A DNA stretch of 16,274 bases, from the NCBI GenBank assembly GCA_002794465.1, contig MTSL01000082.1:1-16274 (forward strand), in the 5' to 3' direction. Source of the DNA: Paramicrosporidium saccamoebae KSL3 (Eukaryota; Fungi; Cryptomycota). The translations under genes and the position numbers were made by a program. This document shows positions 6,349-15,766 of the stretch, in pieces. The notes under the pieces are model-generated. The model did no database searches, was not told where the DNA came from, and saw nothing but the letters and a program-made list of their open reading frames with translations. The stretch's first letter is position 1; the number at the start of each line of letters is the position of its first letter.

Positions 6349-8961
6349 ATGGCAACACTCCAGCTAGAAGCAACAGTGATGAACGAAATAGAACAGTACA
6401 TGCTAGAATGCAATCATCCAAAGTTGGAGCGGACGGCACGACGTCAGCGTCGGGCTAGGACATTGTCAGACGGTACGTTTGTGGGTGAGCGCTCATTTTA
6501 GCAATGGAACACTTTTTCATGGCGGAATGCGAGTTCCAGTCACGCCTCTTGAGCGCGGAACTGGACTTGGCAGAAGATGAGATGGAGGTGCCCAAGTTTG
6601 CTACCTCGTTGCTGGAAAAGGCTGTGCATGGCGTGCAAAGGGGCATCAAGGAAGGAAGCGGCGTTGAAAAGCTGGTAAACCATGAAACGCAATGGCTTAA
6701 TGGCGTAGTATAATTACTGTCTTCTGGGAAAGTTGCTAGTGTTCCAGGGAAAATACCAGGCGGCATTAGAGCAGGCCTTTCAGTACATTCCGGGAGAGGA
6801 GTTGTTGGGACTGTTCCGCTTGACAGACACAGAGGAGACAATCCGGGGGCCCACATTGGCTCAGATTGTGGGACTACAGACAAGTTATTGTAAGGGAGTG
6901 GCAATGGAAATGACAGGTCGGGCACGGGAGGCATTGGTGCCGTACTCTGATGTGTCAGACTTTTGTCGACGGTTTCCAGTGCCCATGGCGCTCAAGACAC
7001 GCGGATTAGCCCATTTTGTGGGGATGGCAATGTACCGCTACGGGATGCTGTGTTCCACCCTGACAGCAGATCCACGACCATTGCGGACGGCATTTGGAAA
7101 TGGCGGAACGACCTCTACCGGAACAATCCGCGGAAGATTGCTGTATGATGCGGCGGTGGCATTACGCATGTTTCTTGCATTTATGCCGTCCGCATATGGA
7201 ACAACACGTCATGCTGCTGCATTGATCCGCTACGTTGAAGCATTAGAGGGTCGATTCCGCGGCTCCATCTACCGAAACACCTTTGATCCTGAACAGTATA
7301 CTTTTACCCAGCAAACTGCAGAACGCTTCAGTCCCGAGACGATTGCCGAAGACGTAGTGTACTGCACTCAATTGCTAGAAAGTCTTCAGCCATTGCAGCC
7401 AGCTTCACGACATGATGCGCAGGCAGGCTCAGCCTCTGGACGGGTGCGCGGTGCATTGGCACGGCTTGCCCGTCACGGTGCCACTGAATCATTAGTGCGA
7501 ATGGCCAAAGCGTTGTTTTCACGATACGCCGCTGAGGCGTCCACGTACGGACGACTGTTGCTGGCGTGTGCCGCCGCCCGGAGACACGACGAGGCGACGC
7601 AGGCCGGCGAAATCTACGTGGCCTTGGGTGGACGAGAGCCATCAGTGCTACTGGTACTCATCAAATCATTGCTGCTCTTCCCCTCCAAGGCTCCTCTGGT
7701 GGTTGCATTGCTTGAACGTCATTCGACCCTATTGCCCACTTTCAGTCCGTTACTACAGATGCGCGGATTGGCCTTTCTCTCTCTGCAACGGAATGAAGAA
7801 GCAGTTGCTGCATTGGAGGCCGCTGTGGAGATTGATGACACTGATCCACAGGCTCATCTTATATTGGCTTTGGCCCATTTTGCTGCGGGAAATTGTCGGA
7901 TGGCTGAGCAGGCAGTAAAGTTGTCGCTTTCTATTGAGGAAAACCAACCATGTGCCTGGCTGCTATTTGCTGCCATCAAGTCAGCCCAGAAAGACTTTGA
8001 TACGTGTCTGTCCCTCTGCAACACGTTTCTGGAGAATTGCACCGTCTCCTTTGTGCCGATGGCGCTGCTCAAGACGGCTGTGCTCTGTTATTTGGGATTG
8101 CTGGAGGAGGCGGCTGGTGTAGTTGAATCGCTGATTGGCACCTGCACTGAACCCTCTGGTCCCGTCTTTGATCGTGACGGAATCCTAAGCGACGACGTCG
8201 AATCCGTTCCCAAGTTGGACCCCGCCCGCTTTCGAGCTCGTTTCTATCCCTCGGGCGAATCATCCACCACTGATTCCACCACGGTGGTAGTCTATCCCGC
8301 CCAGCGATTGGGACTGACAATGACCTCGTACAAAGAGGCCTTTCCCGATAGGGCGAATCAGGTCTTGGCCAGTAAGCTCACCCGAAGCGAACTCTTTCCC
8401 GAGGCCGTACTGCCTGCAAGCGATGTGATTGACTATTTGCGCACGCTTAGTATCTTATCAGCCTCTCACTCTGTGCTGCTTGCTCAACAGCTATGGTGTA
8501 CGTTGGGCGAGATCCGTATGGTCCAAAGAAAGCTCAAACTTGCAGAACTATGTGAACATGAGGCATTTGTTCTGAATGAACTTGATGTGGGTACATATGT
8601 CCTCAAGGGCCACATCCAGCTGGCTCTTGATCGCCATTCCATTGCACTCCAATGCTTCCAGTTGGGTTTGCAAATGGATCCGCGCAATATCGATTGTCTC
8701 CTCGGCTGTGCCCAATGCTATCTGCATATTGAGTCGCCCAACCAATTACATTTGGCCCTTCACATGGCCACCAAGGCTATGGAAGTTGATCCTACCAATA
8801 TCCCAGCCCTCTCCCTCTGTGCCGATCTGTCTCGAAAACTGAACCTCGATCGACGTGCTGGAGAATTGTATGAGCGTGCCATGGTCTGCGAGGAGACTGA
8901 TTCCATATTCCCCATGCAAAGCATTCTTCGTCTAATAACTGTGTCTCTGTCCGCGTATTAA
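6349..8961 (+). CDS. YPP1: YPP1/TTC7-like TPR scaffold of the PI 4-kinase (Stt4/PI4KA) complex; exons 6349-6472, 6502-6674, 6709-8961; about 849 aa
   Basis: Multiple TPRs. CLLGKLLVFQGKYQAA, DPQAHLILAL, AWLLFAAIKSAQKDF and LWCTLGEIRM...AELCEHEAFVL correspond to TTC7/Ypp1 blocks such as AWHLLALLxSAQK. Confidence 0.78.
6473..6501 (+). other. YPP1 intron 1, 29 nt
   Basis: GTACGT...CTCATTTTAG, phase 1, in-frame join to the 6504 ORF. Confidence 0.85.
6675..6708 (+). other. YPP1 intron 2, 34 nt
   Basis: GTAAAC...CTTAATGGCGTAG. Preserves the LLGKL TPR helix. A 28-nt alternative (6705-6732) is also frame-compatible. Confidence 0.68.
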
Positions 8962-9138
8962 TGTGTTAAGATCCTATACGATGTATAATAGAATTGCGCA
9001 TCTGCGCCATAGTATCATAGCATGTGTCGTAGGCTTTTTGGGAATTGACAACCCAATCCATTGCACTTGGCCCAATATAATGGTACTCACTACCTCTTAT
9101 TACCTTTCAAGACCGGGGCTTTCAACCATTTGCACAGA

Positions 9139-10209
9139 ATGCCACCAAAGGCAGCACAGCAGCAGAGTTCCAAAAAGTCCGAGGCCAAGGCAAAGGCCAA
9201 GACGATTGAGGACAAAACATTCGGTCTAAAGAATAAGAACAAATCGGCCAAGGTTGGAAAGTACATTCAGCAGGTCGAGACCCAGGTAAAGACGGGTGGA
9301 AAACGACACGATCCCGATGCCGAGGCACGGGCTGCATTGAAGGAGCGCAAGCGTGCCGAAGAAGAGAAGAAGGCTGAAATTGCTGCCCTCTTCAAACCGG
9401 TCGTGCAGCAAAAGGTTCCGCCCGGTGTCGACCCCAAGACTGTCGTCTGTTCCTATTTCAAGAGTGGCCAATGCCAAAAGGGAGATAAATGCAAGTTCTC
9501 CCACGACCTCACTGTCGAGCGGAAGGCAGCCAAGATTAATTTGTATGAGGATCGACGCGCTGAGGACGGCACGGAGGATGGCGAAGAACGCGAAACCATG
9601 CAGGACTGGGACCAGAACAAGCTGGAACAGGTAGTCGAACGGAAGCACCAAAAGGGAGCCAAGACTACCACGGACATTGTCTGCAAACATTTCCTGGATG
9701 CCATTGAAAAACAGGCCTATGGCTGGTTCTGGGAGTGTCCCAACGGCGGCGATTCCTGCAAATACCGCCATGCTCTACCGCCTGGTTTTGTGCTCAAATC
9801 TGCCAAGAAGGAGCGTCCCTCGGAACAGGAAGAGCTGTCTCTCGAAGAATTTCTCGAGACGGAACGGTATCGCATTGAGAAAAAGACTCCCGTCACTGCC
9901 GAATCCTTCCTCAAATGGAAGGCCGATCGGAAAGCCAAACAAGAGTTGGAGGAGCGACAGCGTGAAAAGGAGAAAGAGTCGCAGATCAAAGCAGGCAAGA
10001 TGTTGCATGCCAGTGGAAGAGATCTGTTCATGTACAATCCCGAAATGTTCATGGTTGATGACGACGAAGAGGCCATGGACGTGGATTACACTCGCCGCGA
10101 AGATGACGAAATGGAGGAGATTGCCAGTGAGGTGGTGGATGAATTGGTGGATGAAGACGCCTTTTTGGATGAAGATTTGGAGAATCTTGACATTGACGAG
10201 TTGGAGTAG
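9139..10209 (+). CDS. TMA46: Tma46/ZC3H15 (DFRP1) CCCH zinc-finger translation-associated protein, 356 aa
   Basis: True start MPPK at ATG 9139. Contains IEDKTFGLKNKNKS, QKVPPGVDPKTVVCSYFKSGQCQKGDKCKFSHDL, VCKHFLDAIE..YGWFWECPNGGDSCKYRHALPPG and an acidic tail. Confidence 0.96.
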   Translation: MPPKAAQQQSSKKSEAKAKAKTIEDKTFGLKNKNKSAKVGKYIQQVETQVKTGGKRHDPDAEARAALKERKRAEEEKKAEIAALFKPVVQQKVPPGVDPKTVVCSYFKSGQCQKGDKCKFSHDLTVERKAAKINLYEDRRAEDGTEDGEERETMQDWDQNKLEQVVERKHQKGAKTTTDIVCKHFLDAIEKQAYGWFWECPNGGDSCKYRHALPPGFVLKSAKKERPSEQEELSLEEFLETERYRIEKKTPVTAESFLKWKADRKAKQELEERQREKEKESQIKAGKMLHASGRDLFMYNPEMFMVDDDEEAMDVDYTRREDDEMEEIASEVVDELVDEDAFLDEDLENLDIDELE

Positions 10210-10337
10210 ATAATAAATCGTTAGTTGTGATGTTTTAAGTGGCAAGACTATTCCTGGTACATTATTGATATTTATTGCCAATTCATCCCATGGTTACTTA
10301 TTCTTGGCTCTTCCCATGCATATAGCTTTTCACATTA

Positions 10338-10685
10338 ATGCTGTCCATTGGTCGGATGGGACAGGCGGCCCGAGTGGTACTTCCTATACAACTGCGTCCC
10401 GATGGGCGGGTGCAGCTTCGCTTGCATGTCAAGCCAGGCGCTCGACAGACACAAATCACAGACATGACTGAAAATGCCATCGGGCTGCAGGTAGCCGCGC
10501 CGCCTCGCGAAGGGGCTGCCAACGAGGAGGTGGTACGTTGGGTGGCCAGTATCCTCGGACTGCGACCGCGTCAGGTTGAGCTAGTTGCTGGTCTCAAGTC
10601 GCGTGACAAGACTGTCCTTGTTGAGGGATTAGATGAAGTCGCCATCCGTGCGACATTACAAACTGAACTTGACAATAAACTTTAG
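10338..10685 (+). CDS. DUF167/UPF0235 (YggU/C15orf40-like) protein
   Basis: LHVKPGARQ...QVAAPPREGAANEEVVRW...GLKSRDKTV is the family signature. The start could be 10338 or 10356. Confidence 0.9.
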   Translation: MLSIGRMGQAARVVLPIQLRPDGRVQLRLHVKPGARQTQITDMTENAIGLQVAAPPREGAANEEVVRWVASILGLRPRQVELVAGLKSRDKTVLVEGLDEVAIRATLQTELDNKL

Positions 10686-10841
10686 CTGATTTAATGCAAC
10701 GCATGAATAATGCGTGCGAAATATGAAGCATTGCCGTTGTTATCGTTATTGCAATGTATTATGATGCCAAATTATTCTGTCATTACGCTCCATCACCGCT
10801 ATCCCATTGTTACACCCCACTAAACCATTGCTGTTCCATTG

Positions 10842-11951
10842 TCACGCTGCAGTACGCTTATCCTTCTTGGTGACTCGCACTGGTGCATCCAACAACTCTA
10901 GCAATTCCTTGCTCTTGACGGCCACGGCCGGCTTGACCGTCTGAATGTCGTATTTGTAGTCGGTAATCTTGAGAGGACCAGCGGGGAGCAAGACGGTGGT
11001 AAACATGACACGGGCCGTGAGGGCATCTTTCTTGTCCTCCAGCACCTCATAGGCATTGGTGACGCCATGTTGGGTGCATTCCAACAGTCCCATGCGCGCC
11101 TTGGTACTGTCCTCCAGTTGACGGATATGGAAGGCCATTGTGCCGAATCGACTACTCGCCTCACTGACCACCGCACGGGAAGTCTTGAGACGCAGTGAAT
11201 AAGTGTCACCGGTGCGACAGTAAATGTTTGTGCGGAGATTATCGTTGGGCTCGACCTTTCCCTCAGCCGACGAAATGGCCACATCCACCACAAAAACGTC
11301 ATAATTGGAAAAGACACAAGGCTGTACCATCTTGGCCTGCTGGTCTGACGGATTCACAATGATCATTTTGTCATGGGCCAAACGATCCTTGCTGACAGAG
11401 TGGGATATCATTCCCTCCACGAACGACACGTTCAGCTCACCCGTCAGCTTCTTTAGCGTTGCTGCCGTTTCCGCGCTGCTCTTACCATCGCGGATGAGAC
11501 GCAACGCTGCCTCTGCTGTCAGATGCGCCGCATGCACCAGGTCCGCCGCCAAACCAGTGGCCGGCTTATCCTTAGTGGCGCCTACTACCACAGAGCTTGC
11601 CACCAAGGCAGGGAAGCCGTCAATGTGCGCCCCCAACTCCACCTTGACCAAATCGCCCTCCTTCAATTGCACGTCGCTCTCGACGTCCATGGGGGAAAAG
11701 TGGCACAGCGTATTGTTCACTGACACACAGCAAGGAAAGGAAATTCCCTTAGACACGCCACGGTACACCTTTGTGGCCAACTGCGTCAATTCCTCGTCAG
11801 TGCGCACACAGATGGACAACGCCGAGGCTCCAGGACTAACCAAGGCCAATGCATAGGCCAAGGCCTTGTTGGCGAGCTCAGCTGCCGCCTGATACTTGTT
11901 AAGCACCTCCGACTGCGCTGGTGAATGTTCGCTCATGACTTCTGCCGGCAT
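10842..11951 (-). CDS. PA2G4: PA2G4/EBP1/Cdb4-like inactive peptidase-M24-fold ribosome-associated protein, 369 aa
   Basis: VLNKYQAAAELANKAL, KGISFPCCVSVNNTLCHFSP, VKVELGAHIDGF, LRLKTSRAVVSE...FGTMAF...KARMGLLEC, basic C-terminus. Confidence 0.92.
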   Translation of the reverse strand: MPAEVMSEHSPAQSEVLNKYQAAAELANKALAYALALVSPGASALSICVRTDEELTQLATKVYRGVSKGISFPCCVSVNNTLCHFSPMDVESDVQLKEGDLVKVELGAHIDGFPALVASSVVVGATKDKPATGLAADLVHAAHLTAEAALRLIRDGKSSAETAATLKKLTGELNVSFVEGMISHSVSKDRLAHDKMIIVNPSDQQAKMVQPCVFSNYDVFVVDVAISSAEGKVEPNDNLRTNIYCRTGDTYSLRLKTSRAVVSEASSRFGTMAFHIRQLEDSTKARMGLLECTQHGVTNAYEVLEDKKDALTARVMFTTVLLPAGPLKITDYKYDIQTVKPAVAVKSKELLELLDAPVRVTKKDKRTAA

Positions 11952-12081
11952 CAGTAATGGTTGTCGTCCGTGGGTGGGGATATGAAGAGCCAGGGACTGA
12001 CTTCATGGAAGGCGGTGGTATTTCTACGAAAGCGGCAATGATGTAATCTGAGCAATTAATGGCTTATCGGCGCTTTCGTTA

Positions 12082-12139
12082 TGGCTAAGTGGTGAATGTT
12101 TTAACTGTGGCTACATGGTAAAGGTTTTAATTGTGGTTA
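12082..12139 (+). repeat. Degenerate 26-nt tandem duplication in the AAR2-PA2G4 spacer
   Basis: TGGCTAagtGGTgAAtGTTTTAAcTG / TGGCTAcatGGTaAAgGTTTTAAtTG / TGGTTA. Confidence 0.7.
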
Positions 12140-12188
12140 AATGATTGATGTCATTGCGGCCAAACATTAGATTCAGATTTACATGGCT

Positions 12189-13127
12189 TTATGGATCTAC
12201 AATTATAGGCGCATACTCTCCACTATCGGCATCAGTTGTTAGGTCCCATCCAAATTTGGACATGATGAACGCAGAGAATGCAGATGCATGAGCCTGTAAA
12301 ACGGCAGTGTCCATGCAGTCTTGACAGAGAGCCTGGAACCATTGGAAGAGCCGATTGTCTCCAGCTATGCCGGTGCATTCAAAAAAGTCATCGGGACATT
12401 CCTGCAATTGGCCCTGGAGAATATTTAGGAATTCCATGTACAGTGGAGGATCCTCTTTGATCAGGGCGGAACATTGACACAACAGGGCGACAATGGCCCT
12501 CCATTGTTCAAAACCTTCGAAATTGTGACCCAATACCAATAAGACAAAGCAGAGTTGCAGTTCGGCCAATAGATCCATAGGACGGATCGAAAGGGTGCGG
12601 ATGACTGGCGTCCGGTCCAGTCCCGTCGGCCGGATTTCTCGTTCTGTAGGGATTTTCGTGAAATGCAAATCTATCGTCTCGTGGGAGGAATGATAGCTTG
12701 TGGCCATGGGGGTTATGGTCCCGCCTGGAACGATGCGGTTCAAAGTTTGTAGATTAAGCAGATTTGTCCAGTCCTGAAACCTCTGCATCTCCATCCTCTC
12801 CCACGGGAAGGGGCCCAGAAACCGATCCAACTCGTAAATGCTAAATTCCGGCTCGCCCATTGGCCTAAGCTGCTCGGTGGCGATATCCCACTGAAAGTAA
12901 AGTATTTCTTTCGGTTTGAAGAAGCGAAAAAAGCCTGTCAACGCTCCATTCCCCCCGCACTGGTAGTAGACAAAATGCAGACCTGGTGGAATCATCTTGA
13001 TCCCCTTGAACAACGGACCCACGGTCCAACTGACGCCGTCAATGCCCACTTCAAAATTCAGGGGAACCCCCATCATTAGTACAAAGGCACCCTCCTCAAA
13101 GCGTCTTGTAGCATCCTGCGGGTCCAT
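12189..13127 (-). CDS. AAR2: AAR2 U5 snRNP assembly factor, 312 aa
   Basis: ATG at 13127 (the track used an upstream GTG). EVGIDGVSWTVGPLFKGIKMIPPGLHFVY...GFF...LDRFLGPFP...LLAELQLCFVLLVLGHNFEGFEQWRAIVALLC...QLQECPDDFF. Confidence 0.95.
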   Translation of the reverse strand: MDPQDATRRFEEGAFVLMMGVPLNFEVGIDGVSWTVGPLFKGIKMIPPGLHFVYYQCGGNGALTGFFRFFKPKEILYFQWDIATEQLRPMGEPEFSIYELDRFLGPFPWERMEMQRFQDWTNLLNLQTLNRIVPGGTITPMATSYHSSHETIDLHFTKIPTEREIRPTGLDRTPVIRTLSIRPMDLLAELQLCFVLLVLGHNFEGFEQWRAIVALLCQCSALIKEDPPLYMEFLNILQGQLQECPDDFFECTGIAGDNRLFQWFQALCQDCMDTAVLQAHASAFSAFIMSKFGWDLTTDADSGEYAPIIVDP

Positions 13128-13141
13128 CCACACCAGGGCTC

Positions 13142-14115
13142 ATGTCCAGTCGTCCTGATGTCGTAGCCATGCTCAAGAGCGATGTTACCACCAAAATATG
13201 TGCTCCGATGGTGCGTTATTCGCGGTATCTATTGCAGAGAGTATAGTAAACAGATGTAGACTGCCGTTCAGACTGCTGGTTGCCGAATACGGCGCGGACG
13301 TTGTATATACGCCCATGATTATGGCCGATTCCTTCATTCACTCTTCCCTTGCCCGACACCACGAACTCCAACTCACCTGTCCTGCTCCACCCACTGTCGT
13401 CCAGTTTGCTGCACACACTCCCCATGAACTGGCCACGGCTGTGCAGTTGGTGGCACCGTATGTGGATGGCGTAGACTTGAATTGTGGCTGTCCACAAGGC
13501 TGGGCTGCCAAAGAAGGCATTGGGGCTGTCCTTATGCGGGATGCTGACTTGGTGTATCAGATGGTAAGACAGGCCGTCTCTGTGGCAGGACAGACTCCTG
13601 TGGCCGTAAAGATGCGCATCTTTGATGACGAGAAAAAGACAGTAGAATTGGCAAGACGACTAGAGACAGCGGGAGCTTCTTGGCTAACCGTTCATGGTCG
13701 GACACGACATCAGAAATCCAGCGAATCTGTCAACTATGCCATGGTCAAACTCATTAAACAGTCTGTCGCCGTCCCGGTGGTAGCCAACGGTGATGCATTC
13801 ACTCTAAATGATACAAAGGAGATTGCTCAATGCACCGGTGCGGATGGTGTTATGAGTGCCCGGGGAATCCTTGAAAATCCCGCCTTGTTCTCGGGCTCCG
13901 CCAAGACGCCCTGGGAGTGCGTAGACCGCTTCTGTGAATTGTCTGTGCAATATGGCAGCGCAAGTTCCATCTTCCATCATCATCTTTCTAAAATGACTGC
14001 CTCCGTCCTATCTTCTGGTGATCATCGAGTCCTCAACAGTCTCGCTAATGCTTGTATCCCCAGCATGATAGACTTTCTTGAACAGGTGCGTCCACAATAC
14101 AATCGGCTTTCTTAA
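13142..14115 (+). CDS. DUS4: tRNA-dihydrouridine(20a/20b) synthase DUS4-like; exons 13142-13224 and 13260-14115; about 312 aa
   Basis: Splicing a 35-nt intron restores the DUS4 signature KICAPMVRYSRLPFRLLV. Also YTPM, VDLNCGCPQ, TVHGRT, VANGD and DGVMSARGILENP. Confidence 0.92.
13225..13259 (+). other. DUS4 intron, 35 nt
   Basis: GTATCT...AAACAGATGTAG. Joins APMVRYSR to LPFR. Confidence 0.9.
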
Positions 14116-14125
14116 TGCGCTTTTA

Positions 14126-14605
14126 TTAGAGAATCGAAACTAATGCCCCCGCAAGGAGCGATGCACCTTGAACTAACCATCCACCAATGTACGTTCCCCT
14201 TAGACTCAACGAATAGCCCATATCCCACACCAAATGTCGTATCCCATTGAACGTGTGGTAGAAAAAGGGCGTTGCCAGCACAAATTTGCTGCCCGTGACC
14301 AGTGCATCCGGCGTGTTTGCCACGGTTGCCGCAAGACTTTCTGTAATAGCACCCGGCGCCGATATCCCGTAATACAAACCAAAGACGTACATGAGCGTGG
14401 CGAGACCAGCGCCCGTCATGCGATGGCCGATGGACATGAGTGATGTCAGTTGTAGGGCATAGATGGTCAAGTGTGGCGACAATGGACGGCGGGAGCTCTG
14501 CTCCTCCAGCTGCGGGGTCCGCTGTTCATGAACTCTGCGTACACTGCAGGTCCTAGCGACATAACTCTGAGCAAAACCACTCCCAATTCGTCGTAATGCC
14601 AGCAT
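14126..14605 (-). CDS. SDH3: Succinate dehydrogenase cytochrome b560 subunit (complex II), 159 aa
   Basis: Arg-rich mitochondrial presequence. RPLSPHLTIY..QLTSLMSIGHRMTG and FFYHTFNGIRHLVWD are SDHC motifs. Confidence 0.96.
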   Translation of the reverse strand: MLALRRIGSGFAQSYVARTCSVRRVHEQRTPQLEEQSSRRPLSPHLTIYALQLTSLMSIGHRMTGAGLATLMYVFGLYYGISAPGAITESLAATVANTPDALVTGSKFVLATPFFYHTFNGIRHLVWDMGYSLSLRGTYIGGWLVQGASLLAGALVSIL

Positions 14606-14613
14606 TTTGCCTT

Positions 14614-15153
14614 TTATTCTATTTCATTTTCTTTTCTACTTACATCATTGGCGGAGTTTGAGGGGGGTATTCCTGGTGTCGCTTCTGTCGAGGCTTTTAT
14701 TTCTCCTGTTGAGGCTAGTATTTCGCCCGTATCGACAGCTCGGATGGTATAGCCCTTCCCTGCATTGAGCATCGTTTCGTGTGGGGCCGGCAGGATGGGG
14801 GCATCTTTCCCAACTTCCCATTGCGTTGTTACCTGCGTAGGCACTGACATGTCCACAAACACCCGCGAGGACGACATGCGACGCAAGGGTCTTGCTCCTG
14901 GCGCAAATTCGGCCACATCACAGTTGGCTGCTACTATGGGTGTTGGCTTTGGGATGTCTTGGGCAAAGGCAACACGATCTCGGGGCGCAGCTACCGGAGC
15001 ACCGTCGACGCGATGTACTTTTTCTGGCAGGATCCGGTTTGTGGCCGTCATGATCTCGGCCGGGGTGAAGACTGGGTCTAGTTCCCCAGCAGGTGGTAGC
15101 GCAGGGCTTGCGCCACCAAGACTATGGTTTGGGATATTCATATAGCTGGTCAT
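14614..15153 (-). CDS. Hypothetical Pro/Ala-rich protein, about 179 aa from ATG 15153
   Basis: Long uninterrupted ORF filling a gene-sized gap. No family recognised. Contains RVAF and RRMSS motifs. Confidence 0.6.
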   Translation of the reverse strand: MTSYMNIPNHSLGGASPALPPAGELDPVFTPAEIMTATNRILPEKVHRVDGAPVAAPRDRVAFAQDIPKPTPIVAANCDVAEFAPGARPLRRMSSSRVFVDMSVPTQVTTQWEVGKDAPILPAPHETMLNAGKGYTIRAVDTGEILASTGEIKASTEATPGIPPSNSANDVSRKENEIE

Positions 15154-15766
15154 CGGCTCTTTTTTCAGAGACTGTACTTTATTCGCCAGCGAGACAGCAA
15201 CAATCCTCAATTGGTTAGACTTGACCAATCATAGCGCACTGTAAACAAACTGTATTGTTCATTTCCGTGTTCCATCCTAATGATTGTTTGAGAGCGCGGT
15301 ACTGACTCAAGCACTTGATTAAAAAGTACAAAACACAATAATTTGGGCAAGTATACAGCCTACAAAGTCGTCTAGCCAAAGACTACAACTCTGCATTAAA
15401 AATCTGACAGCCAATCAAACACATACTATGTTTAGGTTAGCCAGCTGGCGAATGGGACACAGTATAGCATCAGATTGTGGTAAAGTCCCATACTTAGACA
15501 GACTTCATTTGGAAACTGAATTTAAGTAATAATAAAGCATTTGTGCTGGAAGCTATTTTGGAAAATACTTGTGTTTTTGGGGTGAGTGTCTTATGGGAGG
15601 CACTCTGAAGTGGGACCACTAATCATAGGCGGGTGCTGTTTAATAATCTTTCCTGCTTGTTATTCGCTAAATCGGGAACACTGAACTTTTTAGATACCAT
15701 CTTTTCCTATATAAGCAAATGAAACTATTGCTACTATAAGATCTTGCAGGAGCACATTAATGGTTT

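Noticed and set aside
9056-9135. CCATTGCAC and CCATTTGCAC motifs resembling U1A-binding loops upstream of TMA46
   Set aside because: No U1 5' end or correct stem context, and a similar motif occurs inside the PIS1 CDS, so chance is likely.
9061-9138. TTG-initiated N-terminal extension of TMA46 in the ORF track
   Set aside because: The family starts with MPPK at ATG 9139, and the extension is an artefact of allowing alternative starts.
15270-15310. ATGATTG...CTGA and TGACTCA in the long right-hand spacer
   Set aside because: Too short for a snoRNA and has no guide. A single AP-1/Gcn4-like heptamer is not significant alone.
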